Part shown: in pieces, positions 1 to 14,315 of the stretch
Layout of the letters: each line of letters opens with the position of its first letter
Position numbering within the stretch: the stretch's first letter is position 1
NCBI GenBank assembly: GCA_951406725.2
Contig: OX597822.1
Span: forward strand, 50,158,001-50,222,000
Source: Octopus vulgaris
Taxonomy: Eukaryota
DNA: 64,000 nucleotides
Direction: 5' to 3'
Program-made: the position numbers and the translations under genes
The notes under the pieces: generated by a model
What the model saw: only the letters and a program-made list of their open reading frames with translations
Told to the model about the DNA's origin: nothing
The model's database searches: none

Positions 1-699
1 AGAACAGGAAGGTCTGTGGGATTATAGGTATCTTGAAGAATAGTGAGATGATATAGGAGAGGTAGTTCAGGAAGAGGGAGTGGTTTAATAATGAGGGTAT
101 TAAGGGAGATGGTAGTGGAGGTAGAAAGTGGGGAAATAAATGGGAGAGGTAGAATAGAAAATAATGGAAGGTTGCTAAGTTGCTGTTTAGAGTGTGTATA
201 GATTTCAAAGTTTAGGGATTGTGGCTATAAAATTATTGGAAGTTGAGACTGTGAGAAATGGAATGGTGATTCTTTTAGGAAGAGGAAGTGTCTACTCGAG
301 TGGCAAAGAAGGATTACTAAGGTAGGTAAAAAGGTACGGTAGAAGATAATGGGAGTGAGCTGGTAGTCAATGCAGCCGTGGTTAGTGCAATAATGAAGGA
401 GGGTTAGTAATAGTGAGGGAGTACTAGGGTATGCAGTGGTGCATGAAATTGAATACAAGAAGGTGAATAGAAAGGGATGGATAAGTCGATAGGTTAGTAC
501 CTAACTGAGTAGAGTAGTTTTAAATGATTTTGGTTGAAGATGTGAAATGAGAGAATAGGGAAGAATACCACTTGTGATGTAGTGGAGGCTGTTAGGGAGA
601 TAGGATATAGAGGATAAGAGAAATTTGCAAAGGTAACGTCAAGGCTAATTGTAAATGGGCCTGATTATATTTATGAGATTAAATATATTTTTTAAAATT

Positions 700-1060
700 A
701 GCAAATGATGAGTAGAATATGTGTTTACTAGCGAGTATTAAATCTGTGAATCTATTAGGTAATGAGAGGTTGTGGGAGCGAATGATCATAGTAATTCTCT
801 TAAACACAATTTACACATACGGATGTTTGCATTTTATGTTGGCGTATCAAATATGATGAATCAGGAAAGGGTATAGGAAACATTTTGGGGGTTGAAGCTG
901 TCTATATGAGTTGCTAAGAAGGTAGATAATTTAGAATTTTTATCGGAGAAAGAATGCATGTGTACTCAGTAGCGGCGCTCGAAATCAACTGTGCCGCCGA
1001 TATAGCGAACTGTGTTATCATAGATTGGGATATCTGTTACTGGATACATATGTGGAAATC
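700..1060 (-). mobile_element. Decayed Penelope-like element, GIY-YIG endonuclease C-terminal part (Cys-rich subtype, possibly Naiad-like)
   Basis: Manual minus-strand translation: VRYIGGTVDFERRY*VHMHSFSDKNSKLSTFLATHI...RMCKLCLRE...PNRFTDLILASKH. This matches the PLE EN pattern YIG..F..R...H..SF....ST.L..HI...CxLC..E...N.R.EL...C.H. Contains stops; followed by a pyrimidine-rich 3' region (1-690). Confidence 0.65.
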
Positions 1061-2681
1061 CGCAAATATCTGTAGAATATAAGCAAAATAAATAATACAG
1101 GAAGATAGATTGAACAGGATTAATTACATATACCTATTTCAACGCATCATTATTAGCTCTTAATTGCTGAATGCTACACGTATACTCAATATTGATTTCA
1201 TATGATTCAACAATAACAGTATATATGCGCATCCTCGCACGACTACAGTCTAAGCACTGATATGACATCTTTAGTTCGTTGACTATACAAATACTGAAAT
1301 ACTGTTTTAGTATGATTCTACAAAAGAGGGTCAGAGAGATACAAATGAGGAACAGAAATGACAAAAATGAATTAAGGGAGATAAAAATATAAGTTAAAGG
1401 AACAGCATAGACTTTCGATCTTTTAACCACATACTTATTAATTACTGGTAAGGAAACACTTTCGTTTTGGCAACCGTACTATGCTGCCAAGTATATTAAA
1501 GGTTTACAAGTCAATCCTATATCTTACTGTTGTGTTAGGACTGTGATATTCTCAATTTTAAGTATAACAATAGAATTTCTATAGATTTCAGAGGCTTCAC
1601 TGCAAGCTGCGATGTTTCTTATCCAAATCTGCATATCGAAACAAATTGTTCAAAGATCAAAAACATAGGTGTATACGTCTGGAATTTTAGGAAAGCAAAG
1701 AGATCATTTGAAGACAAGAATGTAATAAAAGGATAAACTTTAACACTTGCCTGTATCTTGTATGTGTTATCGTTCTACATCAAAGAAAATCAGTGACATA
1801 TACTCACTTGCTTAACTAAATAGAATACTAGTATCTGTAAATTTAGGACTGAATTTTAGATATATAGTATCACTACCCCAATCTTATTCTGATGCTTTTC
1901 AAGCCATTAAGTGAGACTATTAAACTTACAAATTTGCTTGCGTAATGCCTATTTAAACGTACATATTTATTCATTCGACACAAATGTACATATATGTGTA
2001 TATACACATATTTATTCAATTCTACGCTCACAATTTTCACTCTCATAAATATATACTCATTCATGCTTCTCTACTTATTAAAGTTACTATTTATATTCAT
2101 TCATTTGGAATTATAAGGTTCTACTGAACAAGTAATTTAATTCTATGGGATAAACTTATAAAGTTTAGCTCACACAGGCCTGCATAGTTCTGTATATCGT
2201 TATTATTAGCGTCTAATAATACTACTATACTACTATACTACTATAGAAATATAATGAATATTTATTCCCTACTTACACCTAATGATAAATAACCTATCGT
2301 TCGGTTAAAAGTGAACCAACTGTAGTTGGTTCACTTTTAACTAAACCACACTACAAACATACAAACTCTTACGAAATTACATTATATATAGAAACATTAG
2401 TTTAATCTTACCAATGAGATCACAAAAAACTCAAAACTTTATAAGTGAATAAATGATTGGTATAATCTTAAAAAATCAAAGGTTTACGCCGATTTCCAGA
2501 ATATCTTTGGTTACGCTTTGGACTAATTTCAGACTGCTTGGTAATGATGGCATCATTGAGTAATATGATTCAAACAGTCCCTTTCAAGCGTAGGTTACTC
2601 GATTCTCAGTATGTATTTTATGTGCATGCATTCTATATCCCTAAAAGTGTGTCAATAGCCAGCTGGAGGAGGTGACTTTCC

Positions 2682-2684
<3 letters not shown>

Positions 2685-2732
<48 letters not shown>
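2685..2732. repeat. (TA)n microsatellite
   Basis: Direct reading. Confidence 0.95.
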
Positions 2733-2734
<2 letters not shown>

Positions 2735-2763
2735 TGAAGTATATTTGCTACTGAATTGTGGCT

Positions 2764-3014
2764 AACCCTTTAGGGTAGATGCTACTGTAGCTTGTAGCCC
2801 GAGGAAGACACCTCCTCCAGTTGGCTATTGACATACTTTCTGTGCCCTATGAGTATTTGGAAAGAGAAGCCATCCTTCCCATCTTCAATCTGACATGATA
2901 CACACGAACTCGAGTGTGTCAATACTCATAGGGCCCAGAAAGTGTGTCAATAGCCAGCTGGAGGAGGTGTCCTCTTGGGGCTACACGCTACAGTAGCATC
3001 CACCCTTAAGGGTT
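2764..3014. repeat. Inverted repeat (arms 2764-2857 and 2921-3014) between TA tracts; extra partial direct copy at 2643-2684
   Basis: aaccctttagggtagatgctactgtag...ccctatgagtatt is reverse-complementary to aatactcataggg...ctacagtagcatccacccttaagggtt, with a few mismatches. Confidence 0.9.
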
Positions 3015-3046
3015 GTGCAGCTACTGTTTATACCTCGCTCAGAGGT

Positions 3047-3158
<112 letters not shown>

Positions 3159-5583
3159 AAAGTTTGTAATGGTTACATTACTCTTCTAGTGGTTTTCCGA
3201 TTGTCGATGTCAATCAGTTAATGTGTAAGATAGAACCTGAAACATTGTATCTATGCTGTAGTATTGATTTAAACTTTACAAAGGAACCTGCGGCCTTCTT
3301 TCTTCTATCGCTTTGATTTTTAACATAAGAACCATTAAAGTAGGGGAAATTTTAACTAAACGTTACATTCAGGAAATAAAGTGTTTCGCTACACAGCTGC
3401 TTGGAGCAAATTATCAAAGACATAGTTACGCATTTGAAATCCTAATAATTGTTGTCAATTGTACAACTGACAAATGTTTATTCTGCTGCTGGCTTAAAAC
3501 CATTTGGCAAGTAAGCGAGAATTAGCGTTCATGTAGCAGAAGAAATTATCGTTTGTTTTCATTTGTTTGATTCATACTACCCATGTTGAGGTCAATGAAT
3601 ATGTTATCGTGATTAGCATTGCCAGTATTGTTGACTGTAGAAGCTTGCAAATAATTCAACATATTACTTTGTAATCGATTAATTTATGTGTTATTTTTTA
3701 ACCCCATGTTGGCTGCGGGTGACTCAACAAAGGATGAAAATTGTTTCAACCGTAACAAACTTGCCATTTTATTTAAGGACAGTGTATATTACACGAATAT
3801 GTATAGTACTACCTTTTTAAGGTACAGTTTTATGGGACCTAGGTTGATAATTGTTGTAGCTCAAAGGACGACATAGAAAATACTCCCGTTATCTTTATTA
3901 AAATACAGAACATACTTGTATTGTTATGTGTGCGCACATGTGTGTGTGCGTGATGTAGTAATAACCTTGCTAGGGTTTTAGAAAGAAGGAAATCATTAGA
4001 ACAATATGATTTCAGCAGAGAGTATATGTAGTATTTTCAGAGAAATATTGTTTTGCAATCACTTTGGTTGATTAATAAGATGAGCGCTACATCGCTGTAA
4101 AAATTACTCCAAGTAAATAAAAGCATATCTGCATCATTTGATATTTCTCGGAGGTGGTATAATCACGTGAAGTTGTACAGACACACTTAGTAACTCTTTT
4201 AGACTATGATTTTCATTTTAATTAATTACAAATTATTATACGTACCAAATCGTCTATAGAAATCTGATGAAGGAATAAGTTTTTAATGCAGATTGCACCC
4301 TTGAAAAAGTATTTATTTCCATTTATTTCAGTGAATATTTTCCAAATACTAAATAATTCCTATTGGTCATTCTTTTACTTTGGCGGTGATTGAATGGGAT
4401 TTGTTTATTAAATAGTTCCAAGCAGATCGATAAAATATTTAATATTTAAAAATTTACCGTAGCTGTCAAAGACGAAAACTATTCTGGCTTCATATACGAA
4501 TCTAAGTTTTGCCAATAAAAAAGATCTTGGATTTGATTAACGGTAATGACTTTAACTCTCATTAGCGTTATACTTTGAATTAATTAAGAATAATTTATGA
4601 TTCACCATCATAATTACGATAATCTCTATTTAACGTTACGGTTTTCTTGTAGAAGACTCCACAGAGAAAGGTTCCAAGGACATCATATGAATTTGCCAAA
4701 ACAGGAATACGCTTTAGATAAAAAGGTACCTGTACACATTGTCAATACTTGCCAGCCATTGACAATCAACACATTACCAGTGGTTGAAACTATGACGATC
4801 AAATATCAGACATTTGTTATATAACAAAATATTTAATTTAATTTTTAATTGAAATTTCAGGATGCTTTTTTTCAATTTTCTTCTTCTGGGACTAATTTTT
4901 ATTAATGCTAATGGACATATCTCATTAGTTCTATAAATTTAATTACAAATTATTTTGAGTTCACTTACACGAGGATGGTAGCGAAAATAGGCACAACTGT
5001 TTTCACACGACGTACTTCAAATTATTCCACTAAACACGATAGTCCAATAAATACAGATTCTCAACGATCTCAACGACTTCCACGACATCTCAACGGCTCT
5101 TACCACTATTCTCACGTCTCAACTACAAGCGAAAGTTCCTACAAAGGACGGAAAGAGGATCAGAGAAACTACACCAAATCCCTTGTTTTATTATCTCCAT
5201 TTATCCTTTAGTATTTTCCCTCCTAAATCAGAATGGCTGAAGCTTTGATGATATTCATTTCTTGTCGATCACTACTAACACTAATGAGCTTTGTATATTC
5301 AAAACAATGGATGCACAATTTTAATATAAATTGACTGTTATGCACATTTAAACTTATCAGCATCGAAAACTCTGAACTTGATTTTCTAATTCACAATTCT
5401 AAATTCGTCTGTTATGAACATTTTAATTTCTCAACATTTAAACTTTTAAAGATGTCTTTCTAATTCATAATTTTATATTTTTACCATAGATAAACAAAAA
5501 ACATTGTTGAAATTAGTTTGCTATATATGTAAATAAATAAATTTTAAAACAATTACAAGTTTTTCAAATTTAGGTGCATTTTC

Positions 5584-5657
<74 letters not shown>

Positions 5658-5679
5658 GGGGGTTGTGCGTGTCTTAAAG

Positions 5680-5840
5680 CCAGTGTTGGAGTGTTTAAGG
5701 ACCCATGAGTTACCAGTTCGGTAAAAATAGAGTGAGGCCACGCTTAAAAAATGTACCGGGGTCACTTCATTCGACCTAAAAGTTTTCAAGACGGTGCCTA
5801 AACATAACCACAGTTTGATGACTGAAACTAATGAAACGTA
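5680..5840 (+). mobile_element. Old 3' fragment of the SINE family seen at 22941-23354
   Basis: ccggggtcacttcattcgacctaaaa...gacggtgcc...tgactgaaac resembles the 3' half of that SINE. Confidence 0.55.
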
Positions 5841-7815
5841 GAAGATGAAGGGTGAATCATGCCATGGTCAACTTTTGTATTCATCTCTCCAAGATCGTCA
5901 AACTAAAACAACAGTCAAATACCGAGACTGCTATGATAGAGTCTTTTTCTTTGCCCCATATATGAGATATTGAGTGTATGTAAGAGATCATTAGAATCAT
6001 TGTGGTATTATTGAGATTATAATTGCACGCATCTTTTGAAAACTGTAAATGTAGAATTTTTTCCAATTGAGAAAAGTGAATGAGTGTACGTGTGTGTCTG
6101 TGTGTGTGTGTATGTGTGTTTGTTTTGTAAAAGATAAATTATTTTCTAACGGTTGTACAAAATACATGAAGCCATAAATATCAGCGTGTGGAATATGCGG
6201 TTAAAACAAGGAAACGTCAGCTGTAGTAAAAGACATTGGCTTAATGGTTTCCAACATAGATTTTCGATTTTCTATACACTACGCGCAATTGTTTATAGCT
6301 TTGTCCACTTCAAGTTTCACTGTTAAAAAATCTATTTTATATATTTCTTAGTTGCTAATTTGTTATAATGAAAAAAAAAACCATTATAATCATGTATATT
6401 GCCTTGGTAAGAGAAGAGAGAGATTCTACGTCATCCGACGTATTCACACACACATTTATATATACGTATATACACACACACTCTTATATACACTATATAA
6501 ATATGATTTTGCAGTAACATAGTGATTAGACTACACATCAAGAAGTAATATAGCCAGTCAAACATTAGAATCTGCAATAATTTTACACGTTTTCTCATTA
6601 TATAGGAGCAGACAGAAGATTCATTTGTCAAACTTATACCCTTTACAAATAGTAAAATGGCCGTATGTAGAAAGTGCTATAAATGCGAGAATATATAGCA
6701 ACATGTAAAAGTTTTCGGGGAAATACAGTAAAATAAAGAAATAAAAATAGAGTAACAGAAATTAATAAAGATTTTGATCGAATATATAGGTCTGAAAGAG
6801 ATAAAAGCGTGCCATACAAATAGAATTAAAATAACAGCGACAAAAATACAGATGGAATGAATGAGAGATAAACGTAAAGCATGGAGGCTTTGTCTGTAAA
6901 CAAGAGAGTATTTGCTAGAGTACAGATATCTGCCAAAGCGGCATATTGCGATGTTGATTTAGAGAGAGTGAGAGAGAGAGAGAAGGGGGGATGATGATGT
7001 CCATTGATGACAGCTCAAACACAGACATACAACTCATTTAAATATTCATAAATACGGTCATGCACAGATACATACACATACACACACACGTACACAGACA
7101 TACAAACATATATATGATGGAATGAAACAATTTGGATAAAACAAAACAGAATCGCTTTTATGTTTCCGTTCAAGAGTAAGTGACAAAGATATAGAATAAT
7201 ATAAAATAATATTATATAATATTTAAAATGATCGAATATTATTTGGAGGCGACTTGGCTATTATTTCTGCAAGGAGGAAGGACTGAAGTGAATAATTCCA
7301 TTTTTGTTTTGATATGCAAGCCATTGACCGAATATGATTAAAATCACACAATAACAAAACTAAGGTTCCTTACGCGTCGTGATATATTGTCACTCTTCTT
7401 ATAATTATCATCTTTTAGAACTTACTTTCTTGCAATTGGCTGAAATTGAACATGCAGCGTCTCCTCCTCATTTACCAACATAAATTCAAGATTGAATACA
7501 ATTGCACAATTAGCTTCGCTTATTATTTTTTTTTAGTTACAGTTTTATAATGTCTGCAATTGTGATTTTTTTTCTTCATTCTAATTAATTATTCAACATG
7601 AAACAAACCGACGAAATATCCTGATTAATTTGAAATTCAGGTCAGACGTTTAGAGACTCAGATGCTCGAAATCGAATGTCCATATACATACTCACACTGA
7701 AACATACATAATAATAACATGAGCACAGAGATTCACACATATACACAAACAATATAACTTACGCACATATAAAATTTAACTTTTTCAGTTTCAGTTATTT
7801 CAAGTGAAAATAACT

Positions 7816-7846
7816 TCTCCTCCTCCTCCACCTCCTCCTCCTTCTT

Positions 7847-7937
<91 letters not shown>

Positions 7938-8014
7938 TCCTCCTCCTCCTCCTCCTTCTTCTTCTTCTTCTTCTTCTTCTTCTTCTTCTCCTTCTCCTAC
8001 TTCTTCTTCATCAT
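7816..8014. repeat. Compound trinucleotide microsatellite (CCT)(TCT)(TAT)(CCT)(TCT)
   Basis: Direct reading; produces the poly-P/S/Y ORF artefact. Confidence 0.95.
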
Positions 8015-8809
8015 AGTCAATGTTGTAGTCGTTCTTATTTAGTACATTTTTTAATTGCAGTGTTTGTTGTATATTTTTGTAATTTTCGATGTCTATTGTG
8101 TTGAGATATTTTTAATTTCTTTTATTTCAGGTATGAACGAATAAGGAGCAATGAATTTTGTCACATTTTTTTAATAAATGTTAGAAGAAAATTAATTAAT
8201 AAACGAAACAAATATACCACAAAATGTAATAAAATATTAAAAGTACGTACACTAAATGATTTAACAACATCTAAAAAGAAAACTGTTGCCAACTCCATCC
8301 CACACATATTTTCCACTCTAAGAGCTATAAAGCAGAGAAAAGCAAATAATATCATATCGAAATAGCGTAAATGATTTTCATTATCATCTTTTGTTTATAG
8401 TTTAAATATTTTAAGATGAAATCAGATTTTTTTATTACCGGTACACTCTATGTTTAACTGTCGACAATTATTGATTCCTAAATTAGGAAGACTGCCGCTC
8501 AGTTTGGCTATGTGTGTAATCGAACTAATCGAATGCGCTATACTTGACTTAGTTGTTGTACATTCCAAGCGGGAAGATAAAATGAAACGATCAGCTTAGA
8601 ATTTGGACAGAGGACGTTAGTTTAAGCAATGCAAATTTGATTGCACTGAAATGTTTTTCTCACTTGTGACTGACAAAACTCCTTGGCCAAAATGCAAAAA
8701 TTAGGTCTTTATAAGAATGCTAAGAATGTAGATATCATTCCAGAAATTCTCAATCTTTTATACGAACGGTTGTTATAACTGCACTAGATTATTGTAATTT
8801 TGACATATC

Positions 8810-9385
8810 GCTACACGTCCAATAAGCGAACCTAGCATTGTTTTTTTTTTAAATTTCCGAATGCAGAAGCTGACGGATGTAATAGTTCTTTGACCACACC
8901 GTACTAAACACTGCTTGTCACAGCTGACTAGTTTGTAGAATGTAGACGATGTGTGGTGTGGGAGAGAGAGGGACGTCAGAGCATAAAAGCTGGATGAGAA
9001 ACTTCGTAATTTTTCTGAATGAAGGCCGGCGTGTGTCTATAAAGACACTAAGCGTACAGTTTGAAGTTGGTTTGGTAAATGTACACAGAATTATTTATGA
9101 AGAGGTGAGCAAGCGAGGAATTTGCGCAAAGCTTGTTACCAAGTTGCTAAGTAATGAGCATCTTCGTAACCAGATATTTGATGGAGATAGGCATTAAAAG
9201 TGTCCCAATATCAACCTGCAACCCAAATCAAATCTTCCTTCTTGCAACCTGGTTGCCCTCCAAACTGAAGAAGAACCTCGGAAGTAGTTGTTTTGAAGAC
9301 GAGAGTCTGGAATATATCCTCAATTCGGAGGTCTTCCATGGGCCCTTCACGGAGTGAGTGGAGCGTTACAAGAGCAATGGAATAT
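8810..9385 (+). mobile_element. Internally deleted mariner transposase remnant
   Basis: EGRRVSIKTLSVQFEVGLVNVHRIIYEEVSKRGICAKLVTKLLSNEH matches the mariner HTH/WVP-motif region (DRR.TI..IA..G....VH.I...L..RK..A.WVPK.L). The downstream WLPSKLKKNL..F resembles the region after YSPDLAP. Confidence 0.7.
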
Positions 9386-12300
9386 ACATGAATACATATA
9401 TCAGTGGCGTAGTCAAGTCAAAAGTGGCGGTTTGGTCATATTGACTACTTAGCTTGTTAGTACCCTTAATTCTCAATTGATAATTTTTTTTTTTACCGTG
9501 ATGCGTTTTTTATGCTAAGTAACTAATACCATTATAAATTTTTTATATCGTGCCACAGAGCGGAGGTTAAATCAATGTTCACACGACGTAGCTCGTGAGA
9601 CTACCAAATAACTCTCTTTTCCTTTTATTTAGGCACATGGCTTTTATAGAGAGGGGATACCACAAGGACAGACAAAACAATACATGGGGTACATAAAAAC
9701 ATATAATGAATGAATTATGAATGTAAATGAAATTAGAATGCAATGGCTTTCCTACCCACTGTATTTTAAATAAAGCTTGTACTTATCAGTTTTATTTCTT
9801 GTTAGCTTTCCTTTTGTCTAAACATCCACACAATGTCACACCAAAAATTCCATCAAATGTTCAAATGTTATCACTGATGGCAAATCATCGTAACGAAATA
9901 GCATTTCTGTCGTCTCTATCCTGTCGCCAAAGACTTCCTGCAACCTTACTTTTTCTATAAATAAACATGGATACAAATAGACCATTGGAAAGGAAATAAA
10001 TAACAAGAAATAAGGACAGACGTTATTGAAAAGCCTAAACGGAAAAGAGAGAAGAAAGTAAATTCCTAAAGACGAGTATATGACATTTCGAAACTCTAAC
10101 GATGTTGAAGCCTATTGATGCTTGCTAATTAAGGCACTTTTGCACGAAATATTCGGAGTGGAAACCATACAAGTTGACAACAACTGGTGCGTGATAATAG
10201 CTAATGAATACAATTTTGCACATACTGCGCATAGGCTAAGTACTGTAAATTCAATGGCACATCACAAGAAAATATGCATGTTTCAGGGGAATGTATATTT
10301 CCTGGAGAAGTAGTGATGTCATCTTATCATCATTTCCCATATATTCATAACGATAAGAACGGCGTAAAATGAATCTGAAAGATCTACTTATGACGATTTC
10401 TAGCAAGTCGACACTATCAATTCTGTGTTCCAAATGCCTTTTGTTCTCCATGTCCAGTATACCTATATAGAAAGGAAATGAATATACAGATATAGAAGAA
10501 AAAAATGGAATTTCGACTTGGTTTTACAAAGGACAAAATATGGGAATCACTGCTTCAATCAATTTAGTTCATACATGCCTTAATTTCATTAGCCATTCGG
10601 AGTCACAACAGAAAATCAAATGAGGCAAATTATGACCGAGGTTTATATTTAAACATAGATACTAGATTCTTCAAGCGTCTGTGTATCACCTGACATCGTC
10701 TGTCTCACATTGACAGAAATTGGTACACAACATACGCCTTCAAACCTTTGCTGAAATGGACGTTCAAACCTTCCCGTTGTATGAATATTACACACTTACG
10801 TAATATATCACATAAGAATCAACACACGCTGGTACATCTACAGAGTTTGGTGTATGGGCTTCTCATATTTAACTTAGCAACTGCAACACATATAATTTCA
10901 GAGTTATAATTGCTTGTTTTCTAGAAAAATCGTGACTTCCCTGGGGTTCATGAAGTGATAGCCATTCTATTTGAATAGGAAGAATTAGTATTGAGTTTCT
11001 TAAAAATGTCTCACGTAAGCCTGCTCGAGAGTTTGCTGTAATAATGTTCTGTTGTTCTTATGAGAGACATAATGCTTGTGGGTGAGAATAATAGAAACAA
11101 CATGATATGTTCTACATACAGATCATGCATAGAGCAAAAGATTTTGAAATGTTTTCCTGGGAAGCGTTGTACAATGTCGACACGATTTTCATAAAGTCGA
11201 ACTAATGGGAGATTTTTGGATGAATAAAAAACATCCAAGTGTCAATAACTATAAATGTTTATTGGAAAAAAATGCAAAGTTAAACCTGTATGTCCTGTTT
11301 ATTTCAGGCTACTTATGACAGCTTCTTAATAGTATCTAGGTTAAAGGGATATATGTTAAAGGAAAATAGATGCTACTTGTGATTCCGTTAACGACAAAAT
11401 GTAATGACATTTTTTGAAATAGCATAGATTTCTGTGGCAATGAAAATAATCTTTATAATTACCATAAGGAATTTCTAAACATTTGTAACTTACATTCTTT
11501 TTTCTTGAAAACAGCAGCTGTTGTGATGTTATTGCATTATTCAAAAACGGTAAATCGAACAGTAATCTAAGAACCATTTTCGTGGGGGATTGCCACTTTT
11601 ACCAGTAATTAATTTTAGATATTTTGAACGCACAGTGTCATTCAGTCGTACACAAATACATTTTTTAGTACGAGTAGCGTTTAAATTCGCACCGTCTAAG
11701 TATCGATCATTACTTAAGGTTCTATTGCTCATGAATAGTTGAATTTACTGTTCAGAAAAGTTAAACTGTGTGTTGTTGTAGGTATAGCAACAACATCAAT
11801 AAAGATACCACCCTTGCCTTCTAATAATTAGCTGCATTTTTAAAAACTTAAATATTATCCAAATACTTAGACCAGGCAAAATTTCTATATACAACATATA
11901 CCCCCAGTAAGCTTTGATTTTACAGTATTTTTAATTTGTAACATCAGCAAGAACGATAGCCACTGCTGCCAAGCAATATGAGTGCGGACACGGCATTAAA
12001 ATTATTAAATAATTATTCATACATATTCTATTAATAAAATACGATAAATTAACAGTCTGTGACTATGAGAATTCTATGTTTTATAGTTCAAATTTGATAC
12101 AAACTGTCCTATTCATTAAACTGGATTGATTATACAATTAAAAATGTAATCGATTTCGTATGCAATAATCTCGATTTTCATATGCAAATTGTATTTGCTG
12201 AAGCAAGATTAAATAGATTAATTTATATATTTAATTATATTACATAATATGCTTTTTTTCTGGAATCAACCAAATAAATACAGGTAAATACTAATATTAA

Positions 12301-14140
12301 TATAACAAATGCCTCACATTGCTGTGAAATGATGCAATATAAATATACACTATAAATAAAGTGACGTAAATCCTAAAGTTAATTTGCGTTATTGATTTTC
12401 TCATGTATGAAATGAAATATGATATCACCCCTCGATGAAAATTGCAGAGCATTTTACGTTTTCATTTTTTTAGTTGTTGTGCTAACACAAAATAAATTTT
12501 GTTCAAGTAAACTTGTGATGAAAGCCGCTACGACAGTGACACGAACGTCTTTTTCTTTTCTTGGAAGGATTACCATGGACTACATCTTATAATATTATTT
12601 TCTCTATTTATGATGGTGGAGATATGCTATTCCATGTGATTTGACTGACATTTCAACTAGAATACCCAGTCATTGAAGTAAGTCTGTCAATTGCTCACAT
12701 TTTCAGCTGTTTTTTTTTCCGTTTTTCATGCAATGAGTAATTTTATTTTCATATCTGTGCACTGTCTCACTGTCTATTGTGATACTAATAGCTCGTGTGA
12801 AATAGTTTGCACCAAATCTTTTATTAAATGTCGATTTTTAGTGAATGAATTGAGTAGATATTAGGCGTAAAATAGAGAAGGAAATGTGTCGGAATTTGTG
12901 ATATGTGTTAATGATACATTTGAATCAGTGGCAATGAGAACAGAAACAGTATCGTAGTCTTAGATTTCTATATACCTTTATCTCAGTAATTTTCTACCAC
13001 TTTGAATACGTGAATACATAATATTTGTTTCATATGATTATGCTCAAGCGATCTATGTCGAAATAACCGGTCTTGTTATGATATAATAATTAACATTAAT
13101 CAGCAGTCATCGTACGGCAAGTAAACCACTTGCTTCTAACTGGAGAGGCCTAGCAAATCCTAAGAGTCCATTCCTTTATATTCTGTGCAGTACGTAGATC
13201 AAACGTTGTAGTCGAATGTTACGATTATGTTTATAACCATGTTCTTACCGTCTATTTTTACTTTCATCCGAATCAGTGGCTATAATTTTCAACGAGTATT
13301 GACTAAAAGATATCCTAAATTGTGAGGTTTATGCTCCTCTGTGAAACTGAATCAAGAGTTTCCAATAAATTATTAATATAAATTATCCCATGAATTCTTT
13401 TCGTTCTTTAAAAGAGAGAAAACAACTATAAAATATGTAATTAAAGCGCATAATATAACTATAAAGGACATGATTATGCAATTTTATTATTCGTCAATTG
13501 AAAACATGAAGGACAAAAAATATTAAATATGTACTAAAAGTATTAGCTACATAGAAGATTGCGGGAAATATGAAATACAAAGAGAGTAAAATGAATTATG
13601 AAAGGGAACTGAAAATAATATTCATTCAAACTGGAGGGAATAATTTCGCCCACTGGTCAATACGCAGCAAGGATAAATGAAGCAAGAATATGCATAAAGA
13701 TAACGATGGTTGAAAAGCTTCAGACTAAAGATGGAAAAGCGAGGCGTGTTTTCACACAACACGATTGCTTTGCTAGTGAAAATCGATTAAGAATATGAAT
13801 GGCTGAGTGTGCAGAGAATTTAAAGAGAGAAATAGATGTCTCGTATTTTTAGCTGTCCAGTCCTCACAAAACTGGAATTCATTGATAACTATAACCAAGT
13901 AGTTATACTGGCGCTATGCCCAGAGCAGAAAATCAGAAAACGTGCAATAATTATACGGGAAAGGTTTATCTAACATTTCAAATATGATACACAGTCTATT
14001 AACAAAAAAAAGAAAAATATCGAGGATTCCCTTATGCACTTAACTATGAAACGATATGTGTTCTCTTGAAAACAAACATACTATTTATAATTGAAAATAA
14101 ATATACCGATCATTGAAGCATAGGACCAGCAATTTATTCA

Positions 14141-14315
14141 GGGGAGGAAGAAGTCGACTGCATCGATACTAGTACTTGACTGGTACTTATTTCATCGGTT
14201 CCGAAAGAATGAAATGCAGAGTCGACCTCGACAGAATTTGAATTCGGTATATGAAGACGGACTAAATGTCACTAAGCAGTTTACGCCGCGCGCAAACGTT
14301 TCTCCCAGCGTACCA
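14141..14315 (-). mobile_element. Diverged tRNA-derived SINE (same family as 29822-30056)
   Basis: Contains gtcgacctcgacagaatttgaa and tggtacttatttcatcg, the reverse complement of the family core. Confidence 0.75.

Noticed and set aside
9263-9290. CTGAAGA...GGAA hammerhead-like string
   Set aside because: Lies within mariner coding sequence (KLKKNL); coincidental
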